From Carpediemonas membranifera BICM (taxonomy: Eukaryota > Protista > Fornicata), in the NCBI GenBank assembly GCA_019828565.1, contig JAHDYR010000066.1, forward strand, positions 520,325 through 584,324: a DNA stretch of 64,000 nucleotides. The letters run 5' to 3'. Within the stretch, counting starts at the first letter, position 1. Each line of letters starts with the position of its first letter. A program made the position numbers and the translations under genes. The notes beneath the pieces are model-generated. The model was given only the letters and a program-made list of their open reading frames with translations, was not told the origin of the DNA and did not search any database. This document shows, in pieces, positions 23,601 through 31,743 of the stretch.

Positions 23601-26036
23601 ACGTGCAAGACGGCCACCGCCGGCAACTACGTTCCCGCGGGCGGGGCGAGGACCGAACAGACCTCGTGCCCGCCAGGCACGTACTCCAGCGGCGGGGCGA
23701 CCAGCTGCACCCAGGCGACGGCGGGCCACAAGACGAACAGCGGCAAGACAGATCAGGAGGACTGCCCCGCAGGCACATACTCGGAGGCCGGCGCGGATTC
23801 CTGCACGGGTTGCCCAACAGGCAAGTACTCGTCGGCGGTCTCCTCGGAGTGCACGCAGACGTCCATCGGTTACAAGACGAAGTCCGACCAGTCCGGCCAG
23901 GAACCGTGCAACGGCGGGTACTTCCAGCCCAGCGCCGGCCAGACGGATTGCGAGGAGAGCACGCCCGGCCATTACGTCCCCGCCAACGGCGAGGGGCATG
24001 ACAGGCAGCTGGACTGCCAGGCCGGCAAGTACTCGGGAGCCCATGCCAGCGCCTGCACGTCCTCGGCCGCGGGCTACCGCACCAACGACGACCGGAGCGG
24101 CGAGGTGATCTGCGATGCAGGCACCGTCTCCGCCGGTGGCGCCGACACGTGCTCGAACTGCTTCAATGGGGCGTACGCGGCGAGTACCGGGGCGAGCAGA
24201 TGCACGACGACCAGTGTTGGCCACTTCGTCGAGGACGTAGATGAGCCTCACGCCGCCGAGACCCCCTGCCCTGCGGGCTCCTATCAGGACCGTGTGGGGC
24301 AGGACGTCTGTCTCAGCTGCCCTGCTGGCAAGTACACGGGGGTGGTTGGTCAGGACGTCTGCATGGCGTGTCCGACCGGGACCTACTCTGCTGATGGGGC
24401 ATCTGGCTGCACTGAGGCTGACGCCGGGCACTATGCCCGCCCAGACGGCACGGGCCAAGCTGAGTGCGAGGCTGGATCGTATCAAGCAAGCACCGGCCAG
24501 ACCGCATGCAGCAGCTGCGAGCCGGGCACGTACCAGGATCTGAAGGGGCAGGTCTCGTGTGCAAGTACGCCGGCCGGCACGTTCACGGCCGACGGGGCCA
24601 TCACCCCCCATGCCTGTGACAGCGGCTTGTACCAGCCCGCCGCGGGCCAGAGCTCCTGCCTACGCTGCCCCGACTTCCAGACGACCGCGTCGGACGGCCA
24701 GCCCCACGCCAGCTGCGCCGTGTGGTCTCCCGTGATCAGCACGACCGAGTCTCTTCAGGTGAACAACAGTGTATTCGAGGCCCGGGCCGTAGTTTCCGCC
24801 GCGATGGATGCGGATGGGGAGCTGTACGAGTGCGTTATCGTCGGAGACTACATTGTGCCGATCGTCACCGCCCCGACCGTCGCAGCGGGTACTTACGCGG
24901 TCGACGTAGTCTTCAACGACTCCTCGACGGCTGAACTAACGGTGACCGTGTCCGAGACGCTGTCCGTCGACTCGGCCGGCCTATCGCTGCACGGCACGAC
25001 GATGCGGGCCTCCGTCCAATCAACAGTTTGCCCCTCGCAACTGTCGATGGGCCCGCTCGGCGTTCTTGACCTCACTGATGTGCTCATCGCCGACGGCATT
25101 CCCGAATGCGTGGCAGATGAGGCCGGAATAACGGCTGCGACACTGACGGAGAGCTTCAGCCCGGGCTTCAGTGAGACACTCGAGGCCGACTGGATGTTCT
25201 GCCTATCCCTCTCCGGGGCAGTCTTTGGGTCGACAGACGACATCACCGTCTCGCTTGGGGCCACAACATTCGGCTCGGTGGCGCTGACGCTGGTGTCAGG
25301 CGAGGTCTGCCTTGTCACTGCGGCAGTCGACGTTGCCTCTGCCAGTACCAACCAGTCGAGCATGGTCACTGCGTACCTTAACGGCGATTCTTTCCTCGTG
25401 GCAACACCGGCTACCGGCGGCGACTCTTCTGCGGGGTCCACCGCAGTCCTGTCTGTCTACGGCGCCGCACTGGGGATGGTGGTCGTCTTTATCTTCGTCG
25501 GCCTGGCCATCTGCCTGCTGTGGGGCGCCCTCACAGCCTTGGTCTGCCTCGGATTCCCGGTCCCCCTCGTCATGTGGATCGCCGCTCGCAAAAAATCCCA
25601 TGACACCGAGGAGTGCGACTCGCCCCGCACCGTCGATGAACAGCCACACAAATCCCTCCCGCCGCTGCCGAGCGTCGCTGCCATGCCCCGCACGATACCT
25701 GCCCTTCCCTCACCCGCCGTGCTGAAGCCCGTCATGCCGGCACTGTCCCCTGGAATGGCGCGCCACATGCCAGGGGCGCTGCTGCCGCTCCCCAAGCCGG
25801 TAACCCCCAATCAGGTGCCTGGAATGAAGCCGGCCCTGCCCAGCCTGCCGCTCCTACCCCCACTGAACCCGATCCAGCAGAGCAAGACGACGCACACCAT
25901 CGTCGGTGTGAAGGACAACAAGATCACTGCGACTCCCTCTCTCACGCGTATCCAGCAGCCTGCTGGGAAGCCTCTCACCCCGCTGCCCCCTGCGTTGCTC
26001 GACCGGATCGCGTTACCTGCTCTTCCGAGCAAATAG
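17607..26036 (+). CDS. Giant type I membrane surface protein: FG-GAP-like N-terminal region, GCC2/GCC3 (ephrin-receptor-like) Cys repeats, TM segment, Pro-rich tail; start uncertain
   Basis: FGYGLDM/FGRQVGV/YGREVAISGD blade-like motifs, CPxGxYS repeats, hydrophobic segment near the C-terminus followed by a Pro-rich tail. Confidence 0.85.
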   Translation: MKHSNHRLMLQYFVSYGRKSTICTHRKPLIHLIFATCVMMLMVRSTTATITGLTGTKMCPLIDTAAGNAGQYHVVLEGDILLLDGATSESTPATPNSGLVSAYNLEHGTSSMIDSPVPVSYKKFGYGLDMSLPYTVIGSFMADVAYVFKLTTNTPATMDWTQLCELSVIYTTAQGATSFDQFGRQVGVSGSWIVVFMMKSSSAYAAMFQINSDTVTHHSDVTLSGMNYATSIAIDGDTFVVGKDQSDAKVYTYDSGTWSYDAPLYSVGLASYYGREVAISGDIIAVSVNINGGKVGAVYTRTAGTWGSTGTPLEIPSGEGWATGTDGSIDIYSTAIIVGQSSSTAPTHTAVFFFESGTWTPSESLTGTGLEYAGRVAIGSEYIAATAYRADCTASGSGAAFYSTYSAPTPAVVTCSAGTYNDGGTCTTCPPGTYSSGGATSCTQATAGHKTNSGKTDQEDCPAGTYSEAGADSCTGCPTGKYSSAVSSECTQTSIGYKTKSDQSGQEPCNGGYFQPSAGQTDCEESTPGHYVPANGEGHDRQLDCQAGKYSGAHASACTSSAAGYRTNDDRSGEVICDAGTVSAGGADTCSNCNSGEYQDQAGQPTCKTATAGNYVPAGGARTEQTSCPPGTYSSGGATSCTQATAGHKTNSGKTDQEDCPAGTYSEAGADSCTGCPTGKYSSAVSSECTQTSIGYKTKSDQSGQEPCNGGYFQPSAGQTDCEESTPGHYVPANGEGHDRQLDCQAGKYSGAHASACTSSAAGYRTNDDRSGEVICDAGTVSAGGADTCSNCNSGEYQDQAGQPTCKTATAGNYVPAGGARTEQTSCPPGTYSSGGATSCTQATAGHKTNSGKTDQEDCPAGTYSEAGADSCTGCPTGKYSSAVSSECTQTSIGYKTKSDQSGQEPCNGGYFQPSAGQTDCEESTPGHYVPANGEGHDRQLDCQAGKYSGAHASACTSSAAGYRTNDDRSGEVICDAGTVSAGGADTCSNCNSGEYQDQAGQPTCKTATAGNYVPAGGARTEQTSCPPGTYSSGGATSCTQATAGHKTNSGKTDQEDCPAGTYSEAGADSCTGCPTGKYSSAVSSECTQTSIGYKTKSDQSGQEPCNGGYFQPSAGQTDCEESTPGHYVPANGEGHDRQLDCQAGKYSGAHASACTSSAAGYRTNDDRSGEVICDAGTVSAGGADTCSNCNSGEYQDQAGQPTCKTATAGNYVPAGGARTEQTSCPPGTYSSGGATSCTQATAGHKTNSGRTDQEDCPAGTYSEAGADSCTGCPTGKYSSAVSSECTQTSIGYKTKSDQSGQEPCNGGYFQPSAGQTDCEESTPGHYVPANGEGHDRQLDCQAGKYSGAHASACTSSAAGYRTNDDRSGEVICDAGTVSAGGADTCSNCNSGEYQDQAGQPTCKTATAGNYVPAGGARTEQTSCPPGTYSSGGATSCTQATAGHKTNSGRTDQEDCPAGTYSEAGADSCTGCPTGKYSSAVSSECTQTSIGYKTKSDQSGQEPCNGGYFQPSAGQTDCEESTPGHYVPANGEGHDRQLDCQAGKYSGAHASACTSSAAGYRTNDDRSGEVICDAGTVSAGGADTCSNCNSGEYQDQAGQPTCKTATAGNYVPAGGARTEQTSCPPGTYSSGGATSCTQATAGHKTNSGKTDQEDCPAGTYSEAGADSCTGCPTGKYSSAVSSECTQTSIGYKTKSDQSGQEPCNGGYFQPSAGQTDCEESTPGHYVPANGEGHDRQLDCQAGKYSGAHASACTSSAAGYRTNDDRSGEVICDAGTVSAGGADTCSNCNSGEYQDQAGQPTCKTATAGNDVPAGGARTEQTSCPPGTYSSGGATSCTQATAGHKTNSGKTDQEDCPAGTYSEAGADSCTGCPTGKYSSAVSSECTQTSIGYKTKSDQSGQEPCNGGYFQPSAGQTDCEESTPGHYVPANGEGHDRQLDCQAGKYSGAHASACTSSAAGYRTNDDRSGEVICDAGTVSAGGADTCSNCNSGEYQDQAGQPTCKTATAGNYVPAGGARTEQTSCPPGTYSSGGATSCTQATAGHKTNSGKTDQEDCPAGTYSEAGADSCTGCPTGKYSSAVSSECTQTSIGYKTKSDQSGQEPCNGGYFQPSAGQTDCEESTPGHYVPANGEGHDRQLDCQAGKYSGAHASACTSSAAGYRTNDDRSGEVICDAGTVSAGGADTCSNCFNGAYAASTGASRCTTTSVGHFVEDVDEPHAAETPCPAGSYQDRVGQDVCLSCPAGKYTGVVGQDVCMACPTGTYSADGASGCTEADAGHYARPDGTGQAECEAGSYQASTGQTACSSCEPGTYQDLKGQVSCASTPAGTFTADGAITPHACDSGLYQPAAGQSSCLRCPDFQTTASDGQPHASCAVWSPVISTTESLQVNNSVFEARAVVSAAMDADGELYECVIVGDYIVPIVTAPTVAAGTYAVDVVFNDSSTAELTVTVSETLSVDSAGLSLHGTTMRASVQSTVCPSQLSMGPLGVLDLTDVLIADGIPECVADEAGITAATLTESFSPGFSETLEADWMFCLSLSGAVFGSTDDITVSLGATTFGSVALTLVSGEVCLVTAAVDVASASTNQSSMVTAYLNGDSFLVATPATGGDSSAGSTAVLSVYGAALGMVVVFIFVGLAICLLWGALTALVCLGFPVPLVMWIAARKKSHDTEECDSPRTVDEQPHKSLPPLPSVAAMPRTIPALPSPAVLKPVMPALSPGMARHMPGALLPLPKPVTPNQVPGMKPALPSLPLLPPLNPIQQSKTTHTIVGVKDNKITATPSLTRIQQPAGKPLTPLPPALLDRIALPALPSK
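18890..24161 (+). repeat. Intragenic tandem array, ~8.8 copies of a 597-bp (199-aa) unit
   Basis: Units start at 18890, 19487, 20084, 20681, 21278, 21875, 22472, 23069 and 23666; only five variant positions noticed. Confidence 0.97.
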
Positions 26037-26153
26037 AACCCATAGCGATAGTAAAATTAGCTTTGTGTTAGGCTCGGCCGACAGCTTTTCACCGGTGTCG
26101 ACCAAAGGAGTGCAAACAATCGGATCGTGTGTACGTATTTCGCTAAGACCAAA

Positions 26154-26993
26154 ATGAACCGGCAACAAGTACCAGCAGCAGACAGTATTCCATCGCAGGT
26201 GATCAAGAAGTACCTGGAAATACCCCGATTCACGCGGTCATTCATCACTATCAGCCTTGTCATGAGCGTTCTCATCCGCATGGGCGTTGTCTCTACTGAT
26301 CAGCTCTATTACCACCCATTGTATCTCAAAGAACTTCAACTATACCGTCTTCTTACCGGCCCGTTTTTCTTGGGGAGCTTAGGTATCTCCGTCGTCATGA
26401 ACCTCTTCATGATCCTCGGCTTCTGCTCCAGACTCGAGCAGGCCAAGTACACCAACCGCACAGGCGACCTCATTCTTGCTGTGGCCATTGCTGTGCTGTG
26501 TTTCGCGGCCGGGGGCGCTGTCCCGCTGCTGTACACACAGCTGATGGCCGACCAGGTCTCACTCTTCCTCGTATTCCTATTCTCCCGCCAGTGCCCCGAC
26601 GTCACAATGTCCCTGATGGGCACGATCCGCTATCCAGGACGTATGGCGCCCTGGGTGTTTCTGGGGCTCAACTTTCTAATGGGTCAGAGGATCGCGCCAG
26701 GCTTGTTCGCCATCGCCGTCGCCGCTGCCTACCACTATGTCGACGAGGGTTACCCTGTCAGGTTTGGGTCGAACCCACTTGAGGCCGTCCGCAGGCGACT
26801 TGGGCTGCGTCGGATGGCGACGCGTTCAGCCCAGAGACGGCAAGCCTGGACCTCAAGGGATTACGGCCGCGCCCCGCCGCAGCAGCGCGTGCAGCCGTTC
26901 CCTGACGTTCCCTCCACTCGGCCTCAGCGCCCGGCCTCGGGGGCGTGGGCAGGTCGAGGCCGGGTCGTCGGTCGCAGTACCCCGGATCAGTAG
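26154..26993 (+). CDS. DER1: Derlin (Der1-like ERAD protein)
   Basis: IPRFTR, QLYRLLTGPFF, RLE...Y motifs, and a C-terminal SHP-box-like WAGRGRVVG. Confidence 0.88.
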   Translation: MNRQQVPAADSIPSQVIKKYLEIPRFTRSFITISLVMSVLIRMGVVSTDQLYYHPLYLKELQLYRLLTGPFFLGSLGISVVMNLFMILGFCSRLEQAKYTNRTGDLILAVAIAVLCFAAGGAVPLLYTQLMADQVSLFLVFLFSRQCPDVTMSLMGTIRYPGRMAPWVFLGLNFLMGQRIAPGLFAIAVAAAYHYVDEGYPVRFGSNPLEAVRRRLGLRRMATRSAQRRQAWTSRDYGRAPPQQRVQPFPDVPSTRPQRPASGAWAGRGRVVGRSTPDQ

Positions 26994-27154
26994 TCGGCGT
27001 GTTTAACGCCAATAAAGTGTTGTCGGTGTGCTGATCATCTTCTTCACCGGCACTGCAGTTTCTGGTTTGGTCAACGCGACTCGGGCAAAGTCACTGACAC
27101 GACAATTGAACCATGACGCGCTGATTCGGCCATTTCACAAACAAGGAAGCAAAT

Positions 27155-28636
27155 ATGACTCAAATGTCCAATATGTTCTCCCAAAACCTCTGTCCCATCT
27201 GTAGAGCACGCCCAATGGATGTTTCGCTTGATTGCGGCCACTCGTACTGCTCTGTCTGCGTCTCAGAACGTCTTGCTCGAACAGGCCTGATGAGATGCAC
27301 CACATGTTCTGGTTGTGCGCTTTCACAGCGTTCTATTTTCCCGAACTTCACTCTCAGGGCCCTTACCAGCCGCCTCCCGACAATGGAGCCCTGGCATGCC
27401 CCGGTGCAGACAGTGTCCGGCACAATCATACTCACTGAGTTACAGTCGCACGACGACTACATCAAGCGCGTGGTCCAAACTTTCCCCGAGGCGAACCTTG
27501 GGCTCTATCTGATCGTCTTCCCCCAACACATCGCCGACCCGACCATGGCCTCTGTGTCCCTGCAAATGACCGAGCTTAGGCCATCTGAGCCGGTGTGTCT
27601 CGACCAGTACCCTACTGTCGCCCTCAGCGTCCGTGTTGTGAATGTGGCGAACCCAGACGCCTCCGTCATCATCGAGGAGGAGTACACGTTCCCAGCTGGC
27701 CACCGCGAGGGTCTATTCATTCCCATTGGGCCACGGCTTCACATGTTCAGGAGGGATGCGGGCTTTGTTGACGGCGACGGCGTCCGCTTCGAGTACACGG
27801 TCCGTTGCTGCGACGACCCTGCCGCAGCTACCCCGATCTTCGCGTGCCAGGAGCTCGTGGCGCACATCGACGGCTGCATCAAGACTGGTGAGCCCGTGTC
27901 AGCTCGGTGGCTCGACCAGGCCGTCCAGCCCCTGCTAGAACCGAACGCCACGCCCCTCCTCCTCGACGCCCTCGCCCATCTGCTAAGTCAGTGTCCTGGC
28001 GTGCTTGTCCAGGAACATGATGGCCCTCTTGTGTCGATTGGGGAGCATCTCCTGGCCAGTCCTGCCGCCGTCACGGCCGCCCTGAGCCAGGTCGAGGCCG
28101 ACGAGTCTGCGGAACTCAACGTCAAGCGCGTGTTCGGCCCCCATCTCGGTGTTATGCGGGACAGATTGGTCGCCCGCACGCTGTCCGCGACGATTATGGT
28201 CGGGGCGGGTTCCGCGATCGCCCACCCCACCGCGCCGTCCGACCCGCTCATGCAGACCAGGGCCGCCAGCGAGGTCAGGGTCCGGGCGCCATCGGTCCTG
28301 GACGTCGACTCAGAGACGATCTCGGCGTTGTCGGCACAGGGCGAGGCCAACCAGCTCATGCTGGAGACGCTGCTCGCGACACTACACGACCTGCAGCAGA
28401 CCCACTCTGTCATGAAGAAGCGCGCGAACACCCTTGAGGCCCGCGAACTGGAGCTTCTGGAGCAGCTGGCCATGGTTCGCGAACGTCTGGACGACCTTGA
28501 GTCGGATGAGTCGATGGGAGAGGGGTGGGTTGAGGACGAGGACGGCGACGTCTTCTTCGACGCCCTGTCGACTCTTGCCAGCGTGACTGAAGGAAGTCGC
28601 AGCAGCGGCGAGATGTTCTGGTTGCGGAATGAGTAA
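27155..28636 (+). CDS. RING-HC finger protein with MATH-like domain and coiled coil (putative E3 ligase)
   Basis: CPIC...CGHSYCSVC...CTTC; YLIVFP...GFVDGDGVRFEYTV resembles MATH; C-terminal coiled coil. Confidence 0.8.
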   Translation: MTQMSNMFSQNLCPICRARPMDVSLDCGHSYCSVCVSERLARTGLMRCTTCSGCALSQRSIFPNFTLRALTSRLPTMEPWHAPVQTVSGTIILTELQSHDDYIKRVVQTFPEANLGLYLIVFPQHIADPTMASVSLQMTELRPSEPVCLDQYPTVALSVRVVNVANPDASVIIEEEYTFPAGHREGLFIPIGPRLHMFRRDAGFVDGDGVRFEYTVRCCDDPAAATPIFACQELVAHIDGCIKTGEPVSARWLDQAVQPLLEPNATPLLLDALAHLLSQCPGVLVQEHDGPLVSIGEHLLASPAAVTAALSQVEADESAELNVKRVFGPHLGVMRDRLVARTLSATIMVGAGSAIAHPTAPSDPLMQTRAASEVRVRAPSVLDVDSETISALSAQGEANQLMLETLLATLHDLQQTHSVMKKRANTLEARELELLEQLAMVRERLDDLESDESMGEGWVEDEDGDVFFDALSTLASVTEGSRSSGEMFWLRNE

Positions 28637-28697
28637 GGGAATAGTTAGGAAATAAGGTCGCCACGATAATTTAAGGGGGCTGTGTCTAAATAGTTGA

Positions 28698-30716
28698 CTA
28701 GAGAAGGTCGAACTCGTCGTTGTGTGCGGGTCGCTGCAGAAGCCTCCGCGCGGTCCGCAGCCCAAGTGTGGGAACGAGACGCCGGACCCGGAACGACGCA
28801 GAGCCGTAGCCGCAGCGTCCAATGTAGAAGAAGGGATGGAGCAGCATCAGCGACGCCCCGATGGCCCTGAAGACGCCGAGCCCGACGACCATGATGAAGA
28901 TGACGCTCGTGCGGCCCGTGGTGACGGCGAAGTCAAACAAGAACTCGCCTCCGATGAGGCCCGCGTGCACGACGGCGAGGGCGAATATGCTGGGGGCCAG
29001 GGAGTCCTTGTTGAGGTCACGGATGACGGACGCCGCCCCGATGAGCATGATCGTCTCGAAGACGTAGTTGCTGGCCTCCGCGGTCGACAGAGACGTGCGC
29101 TTCATGTACCCGCTGCCGGCACGGTGGAGCAGGGTCGCGATGACGATGCCCACGGGCGGGACCATGCTGATGGCGAGGGAGACGGCGCCGATGCCCGCCT
29201 GGCCGAGCCGCATCATGACGAATGGCAGATACATCAGGACCACGATGCTCGCGGCGACAATCAGCTCGTCGACGGTCTCGCCGAAGATGATGTAGCGGTG
29301 AGCAGACGCTAGGTTGCTCTGGCGGCACGCGGTGTCGCCCGGGGAGCACTCGACCACGGCGCCCCACCACAGCCCCGCCCAGTGGTTGATGATCAGACGG
29401 AAGGCGGAGAAGGCGAGGGCGCTGGTGAACAGGGCGATGAAGGCCGTGACGAGGACGGTAACCTGCTTGTGTCGCGTCTCCGACTCCGGGACGAGGACGG
29501 AGTTCTCGACGAGATAGGAGTTGACCTCTTGCCGGTTGAGCTCGAGAATAGAGCAGCCCTCGTCGAACTGAGCCGCGGCCTCGGCGTCGACGCTGTCGTT
29601 CAGCAGCAGCAGGACGACGACGAGGGCCCCCGGCATGAGCGCAATGACCCCTGCCCTCGTGATAGTAAGCACGAGGACGCTGCTGTATACAGGGACGTGG
29701 AAGGGCGCCACTGCGAAGACAGACCAGTACGTCGTGTTTGCCAGCGGCTGAATGGCAGTCGTCCCGGCGGCCAGCACGGTCAGGACAACCGGCTGGAGCT
29801 GCGATGGGAACTGCGTCGCCCCCATGGCGAAGGCGACGCCCGTCACGGTGATGTTGGCGATCGCCTGAATGAAGACGACGACGATGCCGAGCTTGGGGAG
29901 GCCGAGGGCATCTGCCAGCCATCGAACGAAGAACGTACACAGCATGGCGATGGTGCCTGCTACCAGGAGAAGCTCCGTGCGCGTTAGCTGCAGGCAAGTG
30001 GGGATTAGCCGGCCGACCCCGAGGTTGGGCACGAGGCCGAGGCCGACTGGTGTCGCCACAGCGAGTACGATGCCAGCAAAGGACACCGCGAGCGCGATGA
30101 CGTCCGGGATGACGGTGAACCCCGGGTCAAAGGACAGCTGGGCCATGGTAAGTGCGAGCAGCGCGCTCAGGGCGCCCATGGAGACGCAGTGGCGAGTCGA
30201 GTACGGCGCCGACCACATATATGGGGCCGGCCGGCGAGTCACGACGCGGTACGCCAGCACGGGCGCCCCGACGATGGGTGCGCCGTAGACCAGGAGCCAC
30301 AGACATGTCTCGACGAGGGCAGCGATGGCAGAGACGTGCTGGCCAGTGTGTATGGCGCGGGCCATCGCAAGAATGCAGTACCAGAGGTCTAGGCCGAACG
30401 ACAAGAGAGCCAGCGCCATGATCGCCATCAGCAGGCCGGCAACGACGAACCTGTTGTAGCGGTAGGTGCGGGCATCGATCACAGCAGAAGTCAACAGAAA
30501 CTCGATCAGAGCAATTCCTCCGAAGACCAGGTACATCTTAGCGCTAATGCTGAAGTCCAACTGTGTCTTGCCGCTGAATAGCCAGAGGATGGTGCGGATA
30601 ACTGTGGTCAGCTGAAAGCTCTGGAACAGAATGAAAATGACGCTAACATCGTATGCATATGAGCCTTCATTGCTGCTCTTTGAGTGGTATTTCGCCTTCC
30701 AGGGCACGAGCCGCAT
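28698..30716 (-). CDS. Hypothetical multipass membrane protein (possible transporter)
   Basis: 672-aa ORF with many hydrophobic segments in two blocks separated by a polar loop. Confidence 0.7.
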   Translation of the reverse strand: MRLVPWKAKYHSKSSNEGSYAYDVSVIFILFQSFQLTTVIRTILWLFSGKTQLDFSISAKMYLVFGGIALIEFLLTSAVIDARTYRYNRFVVAGLLMAIMALALLSFGLDLWYCILAMARAIHTGQHVSAIAALVETCLWLLVYGAPIVGAPVLAYRVVTRRPAPYMWSAPYSTRHCVSMGALSALLALTMAQLSFDPGFTVIPDVIALAVSFAGIVLAVATPVGLGLVPNLGVGRLIPTCLQLTRTELLLVAGTIAMLCTFFVRWLADALGLPKLGIVVVFIQAIANITVTGVAFAMGATQFPSQLQPVVLTVLAAGTTAIQPLANTTYWSVFAVAPFHVPVYSSVLVLTITRAGVIALMPGALVVVLLLLNDSVDAEAAAQFDEGCSILELNRQEVNSYLVENSVLVPESETRHKQVTVLVTAFIALFTSALAFSAFRLIINHWAGLWWGAVVECSPGDTACRQSNLASAHRYIIFGETVDELIVAASIVVLMYLPFVMMRLGQAGIGAVSLAISMVPPVGIVIATLLHRAGSGYMKRTSLSTAEASNYVFETIMLIGAASVIRDLNKDSLAPSIFALAVVHAGLIGGEFLFDFAVTTGRTSVIFIMVVGLGVFRAIGASLMLLHPFFYIGRCGYGSASFRVRRLVPTLGLRTARRLLQRPAHNDEFDLL

Positions 30717-30963
30717 TCAGGCCACTCACGTGAATTTGTGTCGACTTTGCGTGGAAGCCTTGAAGCCTGATACAGCTGTATCTGGGATACGTCTGCGGTG
30801 TGTCGGACCATGTGTGGCCGTGGATGTCACGACGGAGTCCGAGCCCCCCGAGCCTCAGCTCTCGGCAGCATCCGGCCGACCGATTGGATGATGGGCAAGC
30901 ATGGAAATATGGTTCCGCACTGCCCAACGGCTCCAGCATCCCTCATGACCGTGCACAGTAGGC

Positions 30964-31614
30964 ATGAGCATAACCTGCCCACGCATGGATCAAACCTGGA
31001 CTGAGAGCCCGATTGCCGTGGATTGCTTCTCCAACTGGCCTCAGGGCGATCCACATGCATCAGCAATGCACTTCTCGCGGTCAATTTTGCTTAACCAGGA
31101 GAAGGCCATTCGTTTAAGCGAGAACGTCATAATACCTGCGGATATCTGGGATCACGGCAACAAAGACCACTTGAATGGGGTTAACGCACAAACGGATCTC
31201 TTTCTGGAAGTAGCTACGGCACTACAACGCCTTCATGAGAGCACATCACGCTCGGATGACGATGATCGCCGCAATCAGCTCATTGAAGTGCTCAAGAATG
31301 TCCCTGCCTGGCGCATGGCGTCTGAACGTGGTCGGACGACCGAGACTGTCGGCCGTTTCTTCAAGTCCCTCGGCCTCGCCAAGCCCCAGGTGCCCGCGGC
31401 CCCCTACCCCGTGGCCGTCCGCCGCATGATCGAGGCATACCTCAGTATCGCGGCTTGGCTGGATACCGACGTCCCCGCAGACCTGGACATGAGCGTGCGG
31501 CAGCTGTCCGCGGCCATTGTGCAGCTCTTGTCGTTCGTCCACGCCGACGTCACTCATCAGCTCCAGCAGAGACTGAAGCAGCGCCGACAGAAGTTCAGCC
31601 GGCTATCGAGGTAG
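30964..31614 (+). CDS. Hypothetical protein (start may be a later ATG)
   Basis: 216-aa ATG-initiated ORF filling the gap between neighbouring genes; host-like codon usage in the 3' half. Confidence 0.55.
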   Translation: MSITCPRMDQTWTESPIAVDCFSNWPQGDPHASAMHFSRSILLNQEKAIRLSENVIIPADIWDHGNKDHLNGVNAQTDLFLEVATALQRLHESTSRSDDDDRRNQLIEVLKNVPAWRMASERGRTTETVGRFFKSLGLAKPQVPAAPYPVAVRRMIEAYLSIAAWLDTDVPADLDMSVRQLSAAIVQLLSFVHADVTHQLQQRLKQRRQKFSRLSR

Positions 31615-31743
31615 TGGTGGGCCGCGTCCCCTTCTCTCTCGCGCTGTCCTTGTCCGCGCCATGGTGGTGATGGTAAGGTAAGGTAACCGGTTACCTGTCT
31701 CGGTGGCCCAAGCATGATAAAGCACTTTATACATTGCACAGGC

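Noticed and set aside
18890-24161. CRISPR-like array
   Set aside because: No unique spacers; the unit is 597 bp and protein-coding; the genome is eukaryotic with no cas genes here.
18690-24611. 1973-aa and 1657-aa minus-strand ORFs, and repeated 149/196-aa plus-strand ORFs
   Set aside because: Artefacts of a GC-rich 597-bp unit repeated in frame; Arg/Ala-rich with no domain signal.
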